In this document: piece by piece, positions 47,824 to 63,124 of the stretch
How the letters are laid out: the number at the start of each line of letters is the position of its first letter
Position numbering within the stretch: the stretch's first letter is position 1
Assembly (NCBI GenBank): GCA_012295275.1
Contig: CM022670.1
Location: forward strand, 15,562,001 to 15,626,000
Length of the DNA: 64,000 nt
Direction: 5' to 3'
DNA from: Chrysomallon squamiferum
Taxonomy: Eukaryota; Animalia; Mollusca
Translations under genes and position numbers: made by a program
Notes under the pieces: model-generated
Databases searched by the model: none
What the model saw: only the letters and a program-made list of their open reading frames with translations
What the model was told of the DNA's origin: nothing

Positions 47824-49435
47824 TACAATATACCCTAACGAAGTAACATTATATTAATCCATGATCAGTTTCGTCTATGAAAAATACGCGCCCTATCAGT
47901 TAACTGGAAGATTAATAACAGGCAAATAGGCGTCTTGAAAATGTTGTACTCTATTGACTACGTACAGCAAGTATATCCTGTTTATAAGGTCACTGTTGTT
48001 TATCTGTTAAGCTTAATTAACTTACATAATATTCCGACTGGTTTGTTTGTTTTAAAAAATCCCTTTGAGCACATACTATTGAAGATTTGTACATCATGAC
48101 TGAGGATGTAAATGATAACATAAGCTAGAAAAATATGTCAAAGTGCTGAAGCTTTATCTTAGTATTTGCTTATTATTAGTCCATAGATATGGACCAGGAT
48201 GTATGCTAATAAGTAAAATTAACATGATAATGGATAACTAACTTGTCACATAAAAATTTATAATTAAAATTTTCATTTCATGTGTTCCATCTTCAAACAA
48301 AGGCAGCAGTAATTTTCTGTATTGATTCATTTGTCGACTAATGATTCAGTTTCTATATAAAGTTTTCTGTATGAAATGGCTGACTTCATTACATATTCTA
48401 ATTTCAGTTACGTTACTTACCATATAATTTACCTTTGAAAACTTAAAATACGCAAAGAAAAAGGTTAAATTCTGCAATGATGAAGAATACATAAACAGAC
48501 TTAGTAGCCGAGTGATAAACATATTGGTGGGGGATTACATAAATTTTATCTATTTAATTTTATTCAATTAATATTAATTAGGGCAAAACGATCTTGTGCA
48601 TCTGTCTTATTGGATTCGTGAGAGGCAGAGAGATCATTTACCTGCCTCAGACTAATACACACATGTCTTCGTACTAACATAACCACAGACAGACTAGCTG
48701 ATCTGGCTGTTATTGCAATGCATGTATTTTCTATTGAACACAAAGCAGATTTGTCACAGATTTTCAGGTTTCTTATCCACGTTGACAAAACATCATTTTT
48801 TAGATTTTTCAATTTTTAGTTTAAATCGCAATTTCGTAAAATATAAGTTACTTGATAGCATTTTAAGTTTCCTGTGAATATTATAAGCCACTGAAATAAA
48901 AGCAAATGCCCATTAAAATTAATTTATGTTTGATGATAGCAACGATATTTGGCTGAAATAACAGGAAATCTCTTCTTCTTGACTGTTTTATTTCTTTCAT
49001 GTCAGTGATTCTCAGCATATCCTAAATAACTCTTTATCTGATATAAACTAATGTTATTAAATATTATAAAATCATATCGTTATCAAATTTAAAGCTTGAG
49101 ATGTGTGTTTATGGAAGTTTAATGCATATTTATCATTGTACTACTGCTGAACAACACCAGTCATTGGACAGACATTGTTTTTATTATTATTATATAATAG
49201 TATTATTAGTATGGCAGCGATTACATATCATCAGTTAAGTATAAATATTACTAACCAAGAACTATCTCTCTTGCCAAACTAAATTCCAAAGAGCTTTTTT
49301 CAGCTCCTGAAAATTTTACAGATGACAGTCACTGAAACAAATTACCTTTATTTTGTTTCACTCGATTTTAAAGCAGGCAAGAATTTTGATGTAACAATGA
49401 CGAGATGATTGTCAAAATAGCTGCATTCAGACAAC

Positions 49436-50198
49436 ATGGCCGATTTCCTGACCTTAGTTACTATGCAGAGACACAGCAAGGTGATTTTTTTATTTTTTTA
49501 TTTTAATAAAATATATTAATATAAGTGATAAATTTAACAAATAAGCTTATTCATATAGGTTATGGTGTACAACTGTTTGTTTAGATACTATAGTATAGAT
49601 GTGGTGATAATAAATTTAGATAGGTGTATAGTAGAGATGTGTTGATAATAAAAACAAAATATATAAATAACTGTAATCCACATAAATGAGTTGGGATTTA
49701 TTATAAAGTTATAATAATCAAGAGAACAAAATTACTAAAAAATTTCCTTGGTGCTTCTTTTATTCATTCTTTTTTTAATAACATCTTTTTTTCTGTTTGC
49801 ATAATATTTTTTAAATGGATTATTTTTGTCTCTACATCTGGTGCTATAATATCTGGACTTGTAATGATAAAGATTAGTACTAGTAATAACTAAAAAAAAC
49901 TTAACATACAATGTTTTGGCTAAATATTTTGATGTTTTTCTATTTATAGCACTAAAATTAATTTTATAAATATTTTATAATTTTCTTTACCAGTGTTGAA
50001 CACGAATAGATGGTTGAACAGAGAATAGCTTTTTGCTCATTTTTAACCAAACTTATAGTATCATCAGAACTGTTGACAGAAATATTCAGTTAAATAAAAC
50101 CATTGCTTTCGTACTGTGGTAGTTCACGAAGAACATTATGGAGATGTTTTTAATTTCAATAATACACACACACAAACACACACACACACACACACTCT

Positions 50199-50241
<43 letters not shown>

Positions 50242-50768
50242 AAAATTGTCAAAGTCTGTGTTATGATCTTTTGTTTTAATATTTAGAATTTATATGTGTG
50301 TGTGTTTGTGTGTGTAAATATCATTTTATACTGGTATATGGATATATGTATGTTACAAATGTCCTTATTTTGACTCTTTTTTCTTTTTCTTTTACTTTTT
50401 CTTTTACTATTTCATTAACTATGTTTTCTATTTTATTTCTTTTAAATTTTTGTTACTAAAAACCCTGAAATGTCTTCAATAAATTATAAACTTTAGTTTT
50501 TTTTAGTTTGTTTGTTATTTCTTTTTTCATCTTTTTTTTTTACAGACCTTGTGGAGTGGATTATATCTAAGAAGCCACGATAACCTTTGACCTGAACAGG
50601 AGGTGTGGTCAGATATTGCAAAGATTAGGGAAGAGGATAAAGAGCTGAGTGCAAAGGTTACAAAATTTAGAAGGTATTACTGTGACTAGAACATTGAAAC
50701 TTAATATGCAACATTATTGTCATCATCATCATAACTATATCTACTAATATTATTATTATAATCATTTC

Positions 50769-50817
<49 letters not shown>

Positions 50818-51229
50818 ATCTCCACTGATGTAATTATTATTATTATCATTTTTGTTATCATCACCATCATCTCTGTTAATGTTATTTTTGTTATCACCAT
50901 CATCATCTCTGGTAATGTTATTTTTGAACATTATCCAGTCATAATTAATAATACTCATATACTTAACATTCATAAATAATAACAATAAACATGCAAGCAC
51001 ATGTGCACAAACACATACACACATATATATTCTTCATTTTTTTCTTCTTAGACAGCTGGCTAGTCTAGAGGGTTTGATTGCCAGGGTGATCGCACCAACA
51101 TCTACAGAGGATGGGTCAGAGAGCAATGAACATTTATTATTTACCTGTATTATACAGGTGTTAACAGGTGACACATCTCAGATAAACTTATTTATTTATC
51201 TATTAGTAAAGCTGCCTTGTAGCTGCTGA
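49436..51229 (+). other. Unidentified 3-exon ORF with one in-frame TGA (pseudogene or recoded gene)
   Basis: Exons 49436-49480 (CAACATGG start, AAG|gtg), 50546-50656 (tacag|, AAG|gtt) and 51056-51229, all phase 0: MADFLTLVTMQRHSK/TLWSGLYLRSHDNL*PEQEVWSDIAKIREEDKELSAK/LASLEGLIARVIAP... Confidence 0.45.
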
Positions 51230-54200
51230 AAGATAATGATGTTTATTAAGATGATGTGTTAACGTGCTATGCTGCTATTTCAACATACAGCCACTGAAAT
51301 AACACTTTTTAAAATTTATTAACAGAACTGCCTTGTGGCTGTTGAAAAAAAGAATTAGAAATGCCCTGCTTACAGTCTGGTGTTCCTTTTCAGTATGTAT
51401 TTGATATAACAGTATATTGAAGTTATCCTGATATAACAGCCATAGAGGTTCAAATTATTTATTTATCAATATGTATGTATGTGACTGGCAAAAATTATAA
51501 AAAAACCCAAAAAAAACACACAAAATAAAAATGGTTACACTCTGTAGTAATTCATTTTTCCCAACCACAAACTTCATGCTTTTAACAATGCTCATCTGTA
51601 ACTATATGCCATTTCAGATTTATTTTGTTAAATAAATTTAATTATATTTTATTATAATATTTACAAGTCAATGGGTACTTTGTCAACATTCCCTGCATAC
51701 AGTCTAGCATCATTTATCATCATTAATGTACTGACTAAAAATGTTGCTATCAATATTTCATTTTATTTTTAAATGGCGTGCAGCCAGTCTGTAATCATTT
51801 GTAATCACTTAAAATATAGACAACATTATATATATGTACATATATATATATATATATATTGCAAACAATATTTTATATGACATGAAGTCAGTTACTATTA
51901 ATAATCATTAAAGTATTGCTTTATGTTATGTCAAAATGTTATGCATGCAGTCTAGGTTTTGTTGTTTTTTATTCTAATTATAGCTAGTCAATCAAGGTAG
52001 AGGGTTTAGGTTTTATTATATTGCCAGTCAGTCAGGTTTAATAATTCTGTCATGAGATATTTGCATCTCATTTCAATCCAGGTCACATTTTTACTGTCAC
52101 AGCTGTTTACAACTGGAAAATACTGTTGTAAATACAGCATGTGCAAATATTTGTTATAATATTATATGGGGCAATGTGCAAAATTGTGTTAGAGTTGTCA
52201 TAGTTTGTAATAAACTTTGTTGAATATGTTTGTGTGTGGGTTTTTTTGTTTGTTTATTTGGTGTTTTGTTTTCATTTGAGTTTATATATTATATATATAT
52301 ATAAACCTTGCATGTATATCTTGGTAGTACACACACAAGAGAAATGAATATTTAACCATATGATTGCTATTGGTGAGGTATATCAACCTAACACACTGGT
52401 TTTGTACACAGCAGAGGTAAAATAAGTAACTTTCTCCACAACACCTGGCACTGGGAAGTATATGTATGTGCCAAAATCTGGCAATAAAAGAGTTAACAAA
52501 ACCTCTTTGGCTTTCATTTCCACTTTTAAAATTAAATATCTATGTTCCATGGCCCAGTTTTATACCTAAACTATCCTGTTTATAACAGTGCCACGGGTAG
52601 TTATTACTAGTTTGTGGAATGTGTATTTTATAGAATTGATTTCCTGGCTTTTAATTTAAAAACGGCCAGAAACCCAGTTTAAGTGCAAGTTTAATCATTT
52701 TTAATTTTTAATTTGTTTTTTAGTTTTTTTAAATGTCGCTGTTTGTAACACTCACAAGTTGTAAACCAGTACTTTGACCTTTCATACTTCAGTCATGGGT
52801 CATTGTTTGCAACCTGACATAACAATGAAAACACGGATGTGTATATGTGTATGTACAAACAGGTGTCTCATATCTGTTACATCCCAGTTGTTATACAATC
52901 AGCATAGGGACTGATTAAGCAAACCCCTGGAATGTTAGTTGAATAATAACAGAAAACCAATGATAAATACAATAATAATTTAAAAAAATTAAAAAACTAA
53001 TAATTCAAGGAAACATCTTCTAGTATATGCAAACAAAAATCCTAATTTTTATACAGACAGACAGGCAGAAAATAAATAATGTGATAATCAGAATAAGCTG
53101 TTGTGAAGCACATCTGCAACAGGCAAACTGACAGAATCCAGGGGGTGTGTTTGTCTGAGAATGTTTTTTATATACATTTGATACCAGCTTATATACTCTG
53201 TGTACTTGTGTATTTGGTATGTATATTTTTAATCTTGGTACCTGTGCTAATATTAATTGTAATACATTTATTTATATACTTTGACATTTTAGTGTTACTA
53301 AGTGGCTTACAAACATACTGAGCTCTGATGTTTTCATACTTCACTGGTTAGAATGGAAGAACAGCAATTCTCATACTGATATGGAATTATGAAAAAAAAA
53401 AAAATAATAAATTAAAAAAAGATAATAATGTAAAACCCCATGCTAATAATCAGATTTTTTCTTTTTCCTTCTTTATTTAGTAGGAAAGTTTCATAGATGC
53501 AGTAAAACTTGTAAATATAACCAAGTTTAAATATTTAAAAAAAAAACAAAGACAAAACTTTTCCATTACTTTTTAATAAATTTTTTGTTGGAACCACACA
53601 TTTCCAAGAAACAACAGATGTATATATATATTTTTTTTATTAGCTAATTTTAAACTGAATAGTTTAGTCAATAATATCTATATTTTGGCACCTAAATGTA
53701 ATATATTGTTGTATGAAATTTTTATTTACAAGAGCTTATATAACTGCATAATTAATTGTGTTACGTTTTCAGTCAAAAGCAACCAAGTTATAAATTTTGA
53801 AAAAAATAATAATAATAATGAATTTAAACAAATTTGTTTTTATCATTATCTGTTCCACCTAATTTGTGAAGAATACACACTTTTATAATAATTATACATT
53901 TTCTGAAATATACTTTTTTTTTCAAAATATATATACATATATGTGTATATATGTATATATAGGTAAGTGTGTATACATATTTAAATGTGAGTATATACTT
54001 ATATATATAGATAGATAGATAGATATACATACATACATACATACATATTTATATGTATATATATGTATATATGTATGTATGTATATATGTATACATGTGT
54101 TTATATATATATATTTGTGTGTGTATATATATTTAGAAAAAAAGGATATTTCAAAACGTGTAATAATTATAAAAACGTATTTTTATATATGAAGTACAAG

Positions 54201-55799
54201 TTTAAAGGTTTATAAACAGTATCTAGCTCCCAACAACATTTCAGATTTACATTCCACTGGAACAGCATTGTTGTTGTTTTTTTAAAAATCAAACTGTGTT
54301 TCTGTGTATTACCCATAATCTTTTTTTTGCACTTTTTTCTACAAATTATAAAAATGTTGTGGTTTTTTTTATTGTTTTTTTTTACTCTTAATTACACTTT
54401 TTTGCTTTTTTGTCTATGAATTGTACAATATATATATTTTTTTATTACATTTTTTTAAAAAGTTCTATCCTTTAATCACATATTTTTTTGTGGTTTTTGT
54501 CCATGAACTGCACATTTACAAAAATAAAAAACATACAAAAAGACATCAAAAAGAAGAAACCTGAAAAAAAGATTCTGTACATTATCCATACACTTTTTTT
54601 TTTTTTTTTTTTTTTTTTTGCTTTTTGTCAACAAATTACACAGTTTTTTTATAAAAATTTTTATATATATATAATTTTTTTTTAAACTGTAAAGGTTGGA
54701 TACATAATATTTTGTTTCTATGTATAAACAATAGAAAAGTTAATAAATACAATATTCAGAAAACGTGAATAATGCATTTTGTTGTCAACATTTTTCTTTT
54801 ATCATGAATTTTTACATTTTCAGTAAGCTATAGGTAATATTCAGAGATAAAGAGACAGTTTTAAAATTACAATCATGCCTTTTTATAGGAATGAAAATCA
54901 ACATTTGACATGTGTACCTTATAAAGCAGTATGCATTATATGTTGTAATGTTTATCTGTGATTACAATAAAATATTAATTTTGACTTAAAAGCCATAATG
55001 TACATTAATAATGAAAATTTATAAACACATTTGAATAAACATGGTTTTTGCATGTCTTGATGAGGAAGCAATAATTAATATTAATAATGAAACTTTACAG
55101 ATGCATTTTAATAAAACTCATTTTAATTTTGACAAATCTTCTGAAAGCTTATATTGAAAATAATAATAATTATACTAATACTGCAGTTATTTTAAAATGC
55201 GTTTTCTGTAGAGATCTTTTTATTTTAACACCGCATTTTTCGAAATTATTTAAAACGTATATTTTTAGACTAAATAATGGCATGAAAGCCAGTTAAAAGT
55301 AGATACATTAAACTCAAACACAAGTGAAATATAACAAATATTAGTATCTGTGTTACTTGTTAACAGATGTATACAGTAATTCTTATAGCAGTATTACATA
55401 TGGGATGTTCCACTTTAATGGAAAGGAACAGAATAAATTTCTGTTCCTTAGAGGAATCGACACTGTAATTTAATAATGATATATATATATATATATAAAA
55501 ACATATTAAAATTAATAAAATAATACTTAGAGCAGCATTAATGCTAAATTTAGAAATGTGTGGCTGGCTGTAATTAATTATGTAAATTCATATACATCAT
55601 GTTAATAACAATTTTTATTTTTATTTTTTATTTTTTAAATAATAGTAAGCATTTTGCACCAATATATTACTTCAACAACGCTTTTTCTTTTTCTTCTTAT
55701 TATTTTATTTTTTTTACTTTTTTATTTTACGTTAGAAAAACTAAAAACAATGAAACAAATACAAAATGTTTAAAAAGAAAGATAAACATATGATAGAGC

Positions 55800-58700
55800 T
55801 TACACTGATTTATCATTATAATAAGCGACAACAATGTTGCCCTCTGGGCCATTATAATTAGAACTGTAACGTTTTGATGCAGCTTCTCCGCTATTGAATG
55901 GGTCTTGATTACGTGTGTTCGCAGCGCCCTCTAGAAATACTCTTCTCACAGCGGAACCTTTCTTATTTGATCTCATAAAACTTTTCCTTTCTGGTTTTGG
56001 TTTGTTCACCTCAAACATATCCTGAATGCTCATCATCGACCCAGACGAATGGGGCGTGGGACTCCTGTCCCTGGAGCTTGACCCACCAGACAGCTTTCTG
56101 TTCTTGGAATCTGGGTTGTTGGAACTGTTGTTTTTTAACATCGGGCGTTTGCTGCTTCCTGAAAACTGTTGGCCGGTGAGGCGGCTCTCACTTGAATAAC
56201 CCATACCTTCAGTTTCCGCCGTCAAGCGTTGTTTTTTAACTACTTTGCCCTTTGACAGATGCACAAACTCTCCGTCAGTGACACACTCGGTGTCCTCGAC
56301 GTACCAGCCTTTCTGGGAGTATGACTGATAGGATTCGTTAACCGTGACGAAACACTCTCTGGCGGAATCACCTCTCCTCTGTTTACGAGAAGAATACGTT
56401 TCTTCAGAAAGCGACGACTCGAATGGATAGCTGATGTTTTCACTTTTGCTTGCTTTTGAGTAAAAAGCCTTCCTGTTGTTCAGAGTTGTCATCTGATCAG
56501 CCTCTCTGTAAAGTCTCGTGTCCACCTTCCGTGGTGACTTTCTTGTAGAAATATTCAGAGTCGTTTGTGGCAGTGGAACGTTCTCCTCTATCGCTGCTCC
56601 TTTCTTGCTGTTCGATGGAGGTCCGCTGTTTTGCTGTTGAGGCTTTCTTTTGGGAGCAGTCACCAATTTTCTTTCTCTGTCGCTGTTTTCTGGGGTTCCA
56701 TTCTGCTGATATTTTCTATGGGAGCCAGTAAGGTCTTTTCTTTCTGTTTCGCAGGCTTTTCTCAGAGTCTGATTCTTTTCCTGACTCCTCGGTCTGCACG
56801 CCTGTTTGTTCAAATCAACAATCATGTTGTCAGTTGATACAGCACTTCTCAGTTTTTCTGAGTGTGTCCTCATGATGTGAGTGTTGCACTCGGACTTGTT
56901 GTAGCTGCTGAAACGACACACCTTACACTTGTACTGCTTCCAGCCGAGGTGACGGATGGCGTGACGGCGAAGGTTGGATACGCTGGTGAACTCCTGTAAA
57001 CATACCAGACATTCCAGGTTCAACTCGTCTGCGATGTCGCACAGTTTCCTGGTGACCTGATACTGCAGTTTACCAGAACCTTCAGTCTCTACCTCGTATA
57101 TACTGTTGGCATAGACTCTTTCTATTGGCTTTTCGCAAACCTTATCTACCCAAATATCTTCTATTACTTTCATCTGTTTCTGAGGAGGTCGAGTATAATC
57201 ATCGCTCATCTCGAACTGTCTCGATGCTGGCCTCTTTCGCTGGGTTCGTAAATTACCAATCTTTTTGGCATTATTCACTGAGGATTTGCGTACACTGACT
57301 TTAACACGTTTATCAGTGGTGGAACTTTCTTCTCTGCTTTCGGGTGCTTTCACGGTCAATTCTTTACCACGCTTACAGATGTAAACATATCTGCTTGACA
57401 TATTTTTATCTGGCATGTTCACTGGAGAAGCGCTCCTATTCTTATCTGCAGAACTGTCTCTCTGCTTCTGGTTATCATCAGTTTTTACCGATTCACCACA
57501 GTTTTCTTCTGTCTTCTTACATTTTTTCGTATGGTTTATTAAACCCACCTTAAAAAGGAATCGACGCCCACAACAACATCGATGATATGGGCCTTGAGAT
57601 CTTGATTTCCCTGACGACTTTGAATTGTCTTCTGAGTTCTTCGCAGATACATCATCACGACAGGTGCTACCAGTAGAACTTTCATCTTTATCCAGTTTTG
57701 TTTTTAAATCCTTTGTGGCACTGATCTTTGAGGCACTCCCGTTTTTATTACTACCCTTTCTGGCACTCTCCTTTATGGCACTATCTTTTGTGGCATTCTC
57801 CTTTATGGCACTACCCTTTGTGGCATTCGCCTTTGTGGCTCTCGCCTTTGTGGCACTCTCCTTTATGGCACTGTCCATTGTGGCACTTTCCTTTGTGGCA
57901 CGCTCCTTTATGGCACTACCCTTTGTGGCACTCTCCTTTAAGGCACTGTCCATTGTGGCATTATACTTTGTGGCACTCTCCTTTATGGCGCTACCCTTTG
58001 TGGCATTATCCCTTCTGGCAGTATCCTTTATGGCACTTTCCTTTGTGGCACTATCCTTTGTGACATTACCCTTTGTGGCACTCTCCTTTGTGGCATTATC
58101 GTTTGTGGCATTATCCTTTCTGGCACTATCCTTTGTGACACTTTCATTTGTGGCATTATCCTTTCTAGCACTACCCTTTATGGTATTATCCTTTGTGGCA
58201 TTACCCTTTGTGGCACTATCCTTTGTGGTACTACCCTTTGTGCCACTATCCTTTGTGGCATTCTCCTTTGTGGCACTACCCTTTGTGGCACTACCCTTTG
58301 TGCCACTATCCTTTGTGGCATTCTCCTTTGTGGCACTATCCTTTGTGGCACTACCCTTTGTGCCACTATCCTTTGTGGCACTATCCTTTGTGGCACTACC
58401 CTTTGTGGCATTCTCCTTTGTGGCACTACCCTTTGTGGCACTACCCTTTGTGCCACTATCCTTTGTGGCATTCTCCTTTGTGGCACTATCCTTTGTGGCA
58501 CTATCCTTTGTGGCACTCTCCTTTGTGGCACTATCCTTTGTGGCACTACCCTTTGTGCCACTATCCTTTGTGGCACTATCCTTTGTGGCACTACCCTTTG
58601 TGGTACTATCCTTTGTAATATTATCCTTTTTGGCATTACCCTTTTTAGCACTCGCCTTTGTGGTACTCTCCTTTGTGGCATTACCCTCTCTGGCACTACC

Positions 58701-59447
58701 TTTTGTGGCATTACCCATTATAGCATTGTCTTTTGTGGCACTATACTTTGAAAGCTTCAAATCAGCAATAACATCAATTTTACCATTAATATCAATAATA
58801 TTGTTTTCTTTGAGGCATTTTGGAAGAATTTTTTCAGCCACTATCATTTCCAGTCTAGTGACTCCATCCATCTTTGGTTTTTTGTTCACACTGTTTTGTT
58901 TTGCTCGTTGTTGCTTTTCTCCAGATCCGTCCAACAAAGTGACCATCATAGCATTTTTATTTGTAGGGATCGGGTTAAGTTGTAAAACCACTGCTTTTGT
59001 CGCTTCTTTCCTTTTCTCCACCAAAGGAGAATCTTCGGAATACGATTTATATTCACTAGAAGCACCCGCTTTTCCTGCCTGCACCAGCTGATTCGCCGAT
59101 TCCTTGTGCGTTTTATTGTGATTCACCGATTCCTTGTGTGTTTTATTGCGATTCACAGGCTGTAGGGGTGGGTGTTTCTTACCCTCGGGGGCAATCGGCT
59201 TAATAACAGCTGCTTCTGTCTTATATCTGGTTTCGATCTCTGGAAGCTGTGACATCTGGGTTGATTTGGTGCAGTACACGCGCTTGTGGGCAATGAACAG
59301 AGGAAGAGCCCGGAACAAAGCTCTGCATGCTTTGCATTCAATTATTAAGCGGCAGTCATCCAACAGGAGGCAGCGGACCTCCGCACTGCCATGTTCGATG
59401 GCCGCGCGAATCACGGAAAAGTCTATGTCGTCTCGATTACTGCTCAT
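55800..59447 (-). CDS. ZNF800: ZNF800-like C2H2 zinc-finger protein with long pentapeptide repeat (~1215 aa, one large coding exon)
   Basis: N-terminal IIECKACRALFRALPLFIAHKRVYC matches the ZNF800 first finger; tandem fingers CLVC..NLRRHAIRH and CKVC..CNTHIMRTH follow. Acceptor at 59472; first in-exon ATG at 59447; an upstream coding exon cannot be excluded. Confidence 0.8.
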   Translation of the reverse strand: MSSNRDDIDFSVIRAAIEHGSAEVRCLLLDDCRLIIECKACRALFRALPLFIAHKRVYCTKSTQMSQLPEIETRYKTEAAVIKPIAPEGKKHPPLQPVNRNKTHKESVNHNKTHKESANQLVQAGKAGASSEYKSYSEDSPLVEKRKEATKAVVLQLNPIPTNKNAMMVTLLDGSGEKQQRAKQNSVNKKPKMDGVTRLEMIVAEKILPKCLKENNIIDINGKIDVIADLKLSKYSATKDNAIMGNATKGSAREGNATKESTTKASAKKGNAKKDNITKDSTTKGSATKDSATKDSGTKGSATKDSATKESATKDSATKDSATKENATKDSGTKGSATKGSATKENATKGSATKDSATKDSGTKGSATKDSATKENATKDSGTKGSATKGSATKENATKDSGTKGSTTKDSATKGNATKDNTIKGSARKDNATNESVTKDSARKDNATNDNATKESATKGNVTKDSATKESAIKDTARRDNATKGSAIKESATKYNATMDSALKESATKGSAIKERATKESATMDSAIKESATKARATKANATKGSAIKENATKDSAIKESARKGSNKNGSASKISATKDLKTKLDKDESSTGSTCRDDVSAKNSEDNSKSSGKSRSQGPYHRCCCGRRFLFKVGLINHTKKCKKTEENCGESVKTDDNQKQRDSSADKNRSASPVNMPDKNMSSRYVYICKRGKELTVKAPESREESSTTDKRVKVSVRKSSVNNAKKIGNLRTQRKRPASRQFEMSDDYTRPPQKQMKVIEDIWVDKVCEKPIERVYANSIYEVETEGSGKLQYQVTRKLCDIADELNLECLVCLQEFTSVSNLRRHAIRHLGWKQYKCKVCRFSSYNKSECNTHIMRTHSEKLRSAVSTDNMIVDLNKQACRPRSQEKNQTLRKACETERKDLTGSHRKYQQNGTPENSDRERKLVTAPKRKPQQQNSGPPSNSKKGAAIEENVPLPQTTLNISTRKSPRKVDTRLYREADQMTTLNNRKAFYSKASKSENISYPFESSLSEETYSSRKQRRGDSARECFVTVNESYQSYSQKGWYVEDTECVTDGEFVHLSKGKVVKKQRLTAETEGMGYSSESRLTGQQFSGSSKRPMLKNNSSNNPDSKNRKLSGGSSSRDRSPTPHSSGSMMSIQDMFEVNKPKPERKSFMRSNKKGSAVRRVFLEGAANTRNQDPFNSGEAASKRYSSNYNGPEGNIVVAYYNDKSV
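57712..58742 (-). repeat. Coding 15-bp minisatellite (GCCACAAAGGRKART), about 65 units, encoding ATK[D/G/E][S/N]
   Basis: Directly visible CT(A/C)(T/C)CCTTTGTGGCA units; homogeneous centre and diverged edges. Confidence 0.95.
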
Positions 59448-59568
59448 CGCGTATGAGCTGACGTCAGACCACCTGAAAAACAAAGAAAAAACTGTGTAAC
59501 TACATCACGTCTTTTAAAAAAAAAAAAAAAATAATAATAAAATAGTTTCAATATTTCCATCATATTAT

Positions 59569-59599
<31 letters not shown>

Positions 59600-59825
59600 G
59601 ACTTAGCTAATAATTCATTTCTAATAATAATAGTCTCTGCTTTACAAGTTTTTGTTTTACATCATGTTATTTCAGAGAATGTAAAATTTTATGTCAGATT
59701 TAGAATTAGAATGGCAAAACATATTACTTGGTCGTTTACATTAACATTAACATAGGTTTCTTAAACAAATCAGATTCAGCCTTTTTAATGTTAGACATTT
59801 TGGAATATTAAACAGGCCTTTAGAA

Positions 59826-59877
<52 letters not shown>

Positions 59878-59948
59878 TCAATAACAACAACAACAAAACA
59901 ATAATAATAATAAAAATTAACAAAAACAATAACAATAATAATAACAAC

Positions 59949-59987
<39 letters not shown>

Positions 59988-60346
59988 AATAATAATAATA
60001 ATATCAACAACATCGATAACATATGATATTTTTAAACAGGAATGAAAAATACTGAATATTCGGTAAGGAAGGCAGAATGGCATATTATTGTTTATATTCA
60101 TAATATTGAAGTCTTAGTGGATTAATACTGAAAAATAAACAGATGTGGAAGATTTCTGCTATGAACGTTTGATATGTAACATATTAACGACTGCTCCATC
60201 AAAACAAGATTTTTATTTTTATTTTTTCTGCTTGAACTTTTCATGGTCATTTCCAAATTCAGTTGTAATGCCACAAAACTAAATAATGATAATAACAATT
60301 CAAGTTTGTCATCTCTACTTATATAAAAGGTGTGAGGTTGATGATG

Positions 60347-60406
<60 letters not shown>

Positions 60407-60741
60407 CAGTAATAATATTAATAACAATACTTCTAATACTAATAAAAATAATAATAAAAAGATCTAACCATTAATACATCATGTTTTCTTTCTTCAACAA
60501 ATATTTCGTATTTATTTATTTATTATTATTATTATTATATATACTAACACACACACATACAGAGAGACAGACAGATAGATAGATAGATAAAGTATGAGGA
60601 TAAGAGGGATATATGAATTTGACATTAATTAATTAATCTGTGTCCAACTTTTTATAATGGTTTAGTACAAGTAAACTGTATAATATTCAATAAAATCTGA
60701 AACTAATTTGGTATCATGAAGTGAAAACATTATTTCTAATC

Positions 60742-60823
<82 letters not shown>

Positions 60824-61796
60824 GAAAAATGCATTACAAAATTAAAATGTTCCGTTAACTTGTAGAATATTCATAAATATTATTTTAATTTATTCTCAGA
60901 ATGCAACCAAAATAAAAAAGTAATTATGATCACACTAACTTATTATCAGATATGAGTGATGATAAAATATCCATCTTGACGACGGATATTTTGGCTGTGC
61001 CAGCATAATTGCAGCGCTTTGTTTTAGAAACTGCGGGCTATAATTAAAATATAATGCCTACCATGTAACTAAATACAAAAGAAAAATGCATGACAGCAAG
61101 TTATACATACCTTTAAATATGAACACCTCTTCTTTTTACCTTCAATACTATCAGTATTTTTTATATAACGTTACCGCTACTTTGAACGCTTCTCGATTAT
61201 CTAAAGCATTATGGGAACGAATTTACAAAACGTCTTGCTTGGTTAGAAACGTAATTAGCGTCGTTCGCAACTAGGGAAAATAATACGTGTTGCAGTTTTC
61301 ATATTCATAATCCAATAGATTTTAAGTAGTGGAAAATTATACCATTTAAAATCAATCATTGATAACTTTAGCAAGCGTTTTATTTGTTTATTGTTGTTTG
61401 TTAATAAGTATCGCTAAAACTATAAAACATGCAGTTCTTAATTTTAATTGCTGAAAATTTCAAAAAGTACAAACAGAAGTTTCATAATAACAAAATGCAT
61501 TTGTTACGTAATTATATTGGATGAGATATTAATAAGAAATTTGGAAGACATCACTTGGCCCTATTTTACAAAATAATTATTGCAGTCACAGTTTCCACGG
61601 GGCGGAAAAGGGTGAATGAAAACAATAAATGTTGAAAACACTGACATGATAAAACTAGAAAAATAAATCATAACAAGAAATAAAGTAAAAACAAAAGTGT
61701 GATTTTTGTGTTTGCCTGCATTGACTTTTTAATTTGATTTATAGAGTGACTGTATGTATGCGTACATGTATAAAATTTTAGCTGATTTTATATAGC

Positions 61797-61836
<40 letters not shown>

Positions 61837-61860
61837 TAGATAGATAGTTCTCTGGCCCAG

Positions 61861-63124
<1,264 letters not shown>

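Noticed and set aside
57625-59091. 488-aa hydrophobic antisense ORF and alternative-frame WHYPL / VPQRI ORFs
   Set aside because: Shadows of the stop-free 15-bp coding repeat in the ZNF800-like gene.
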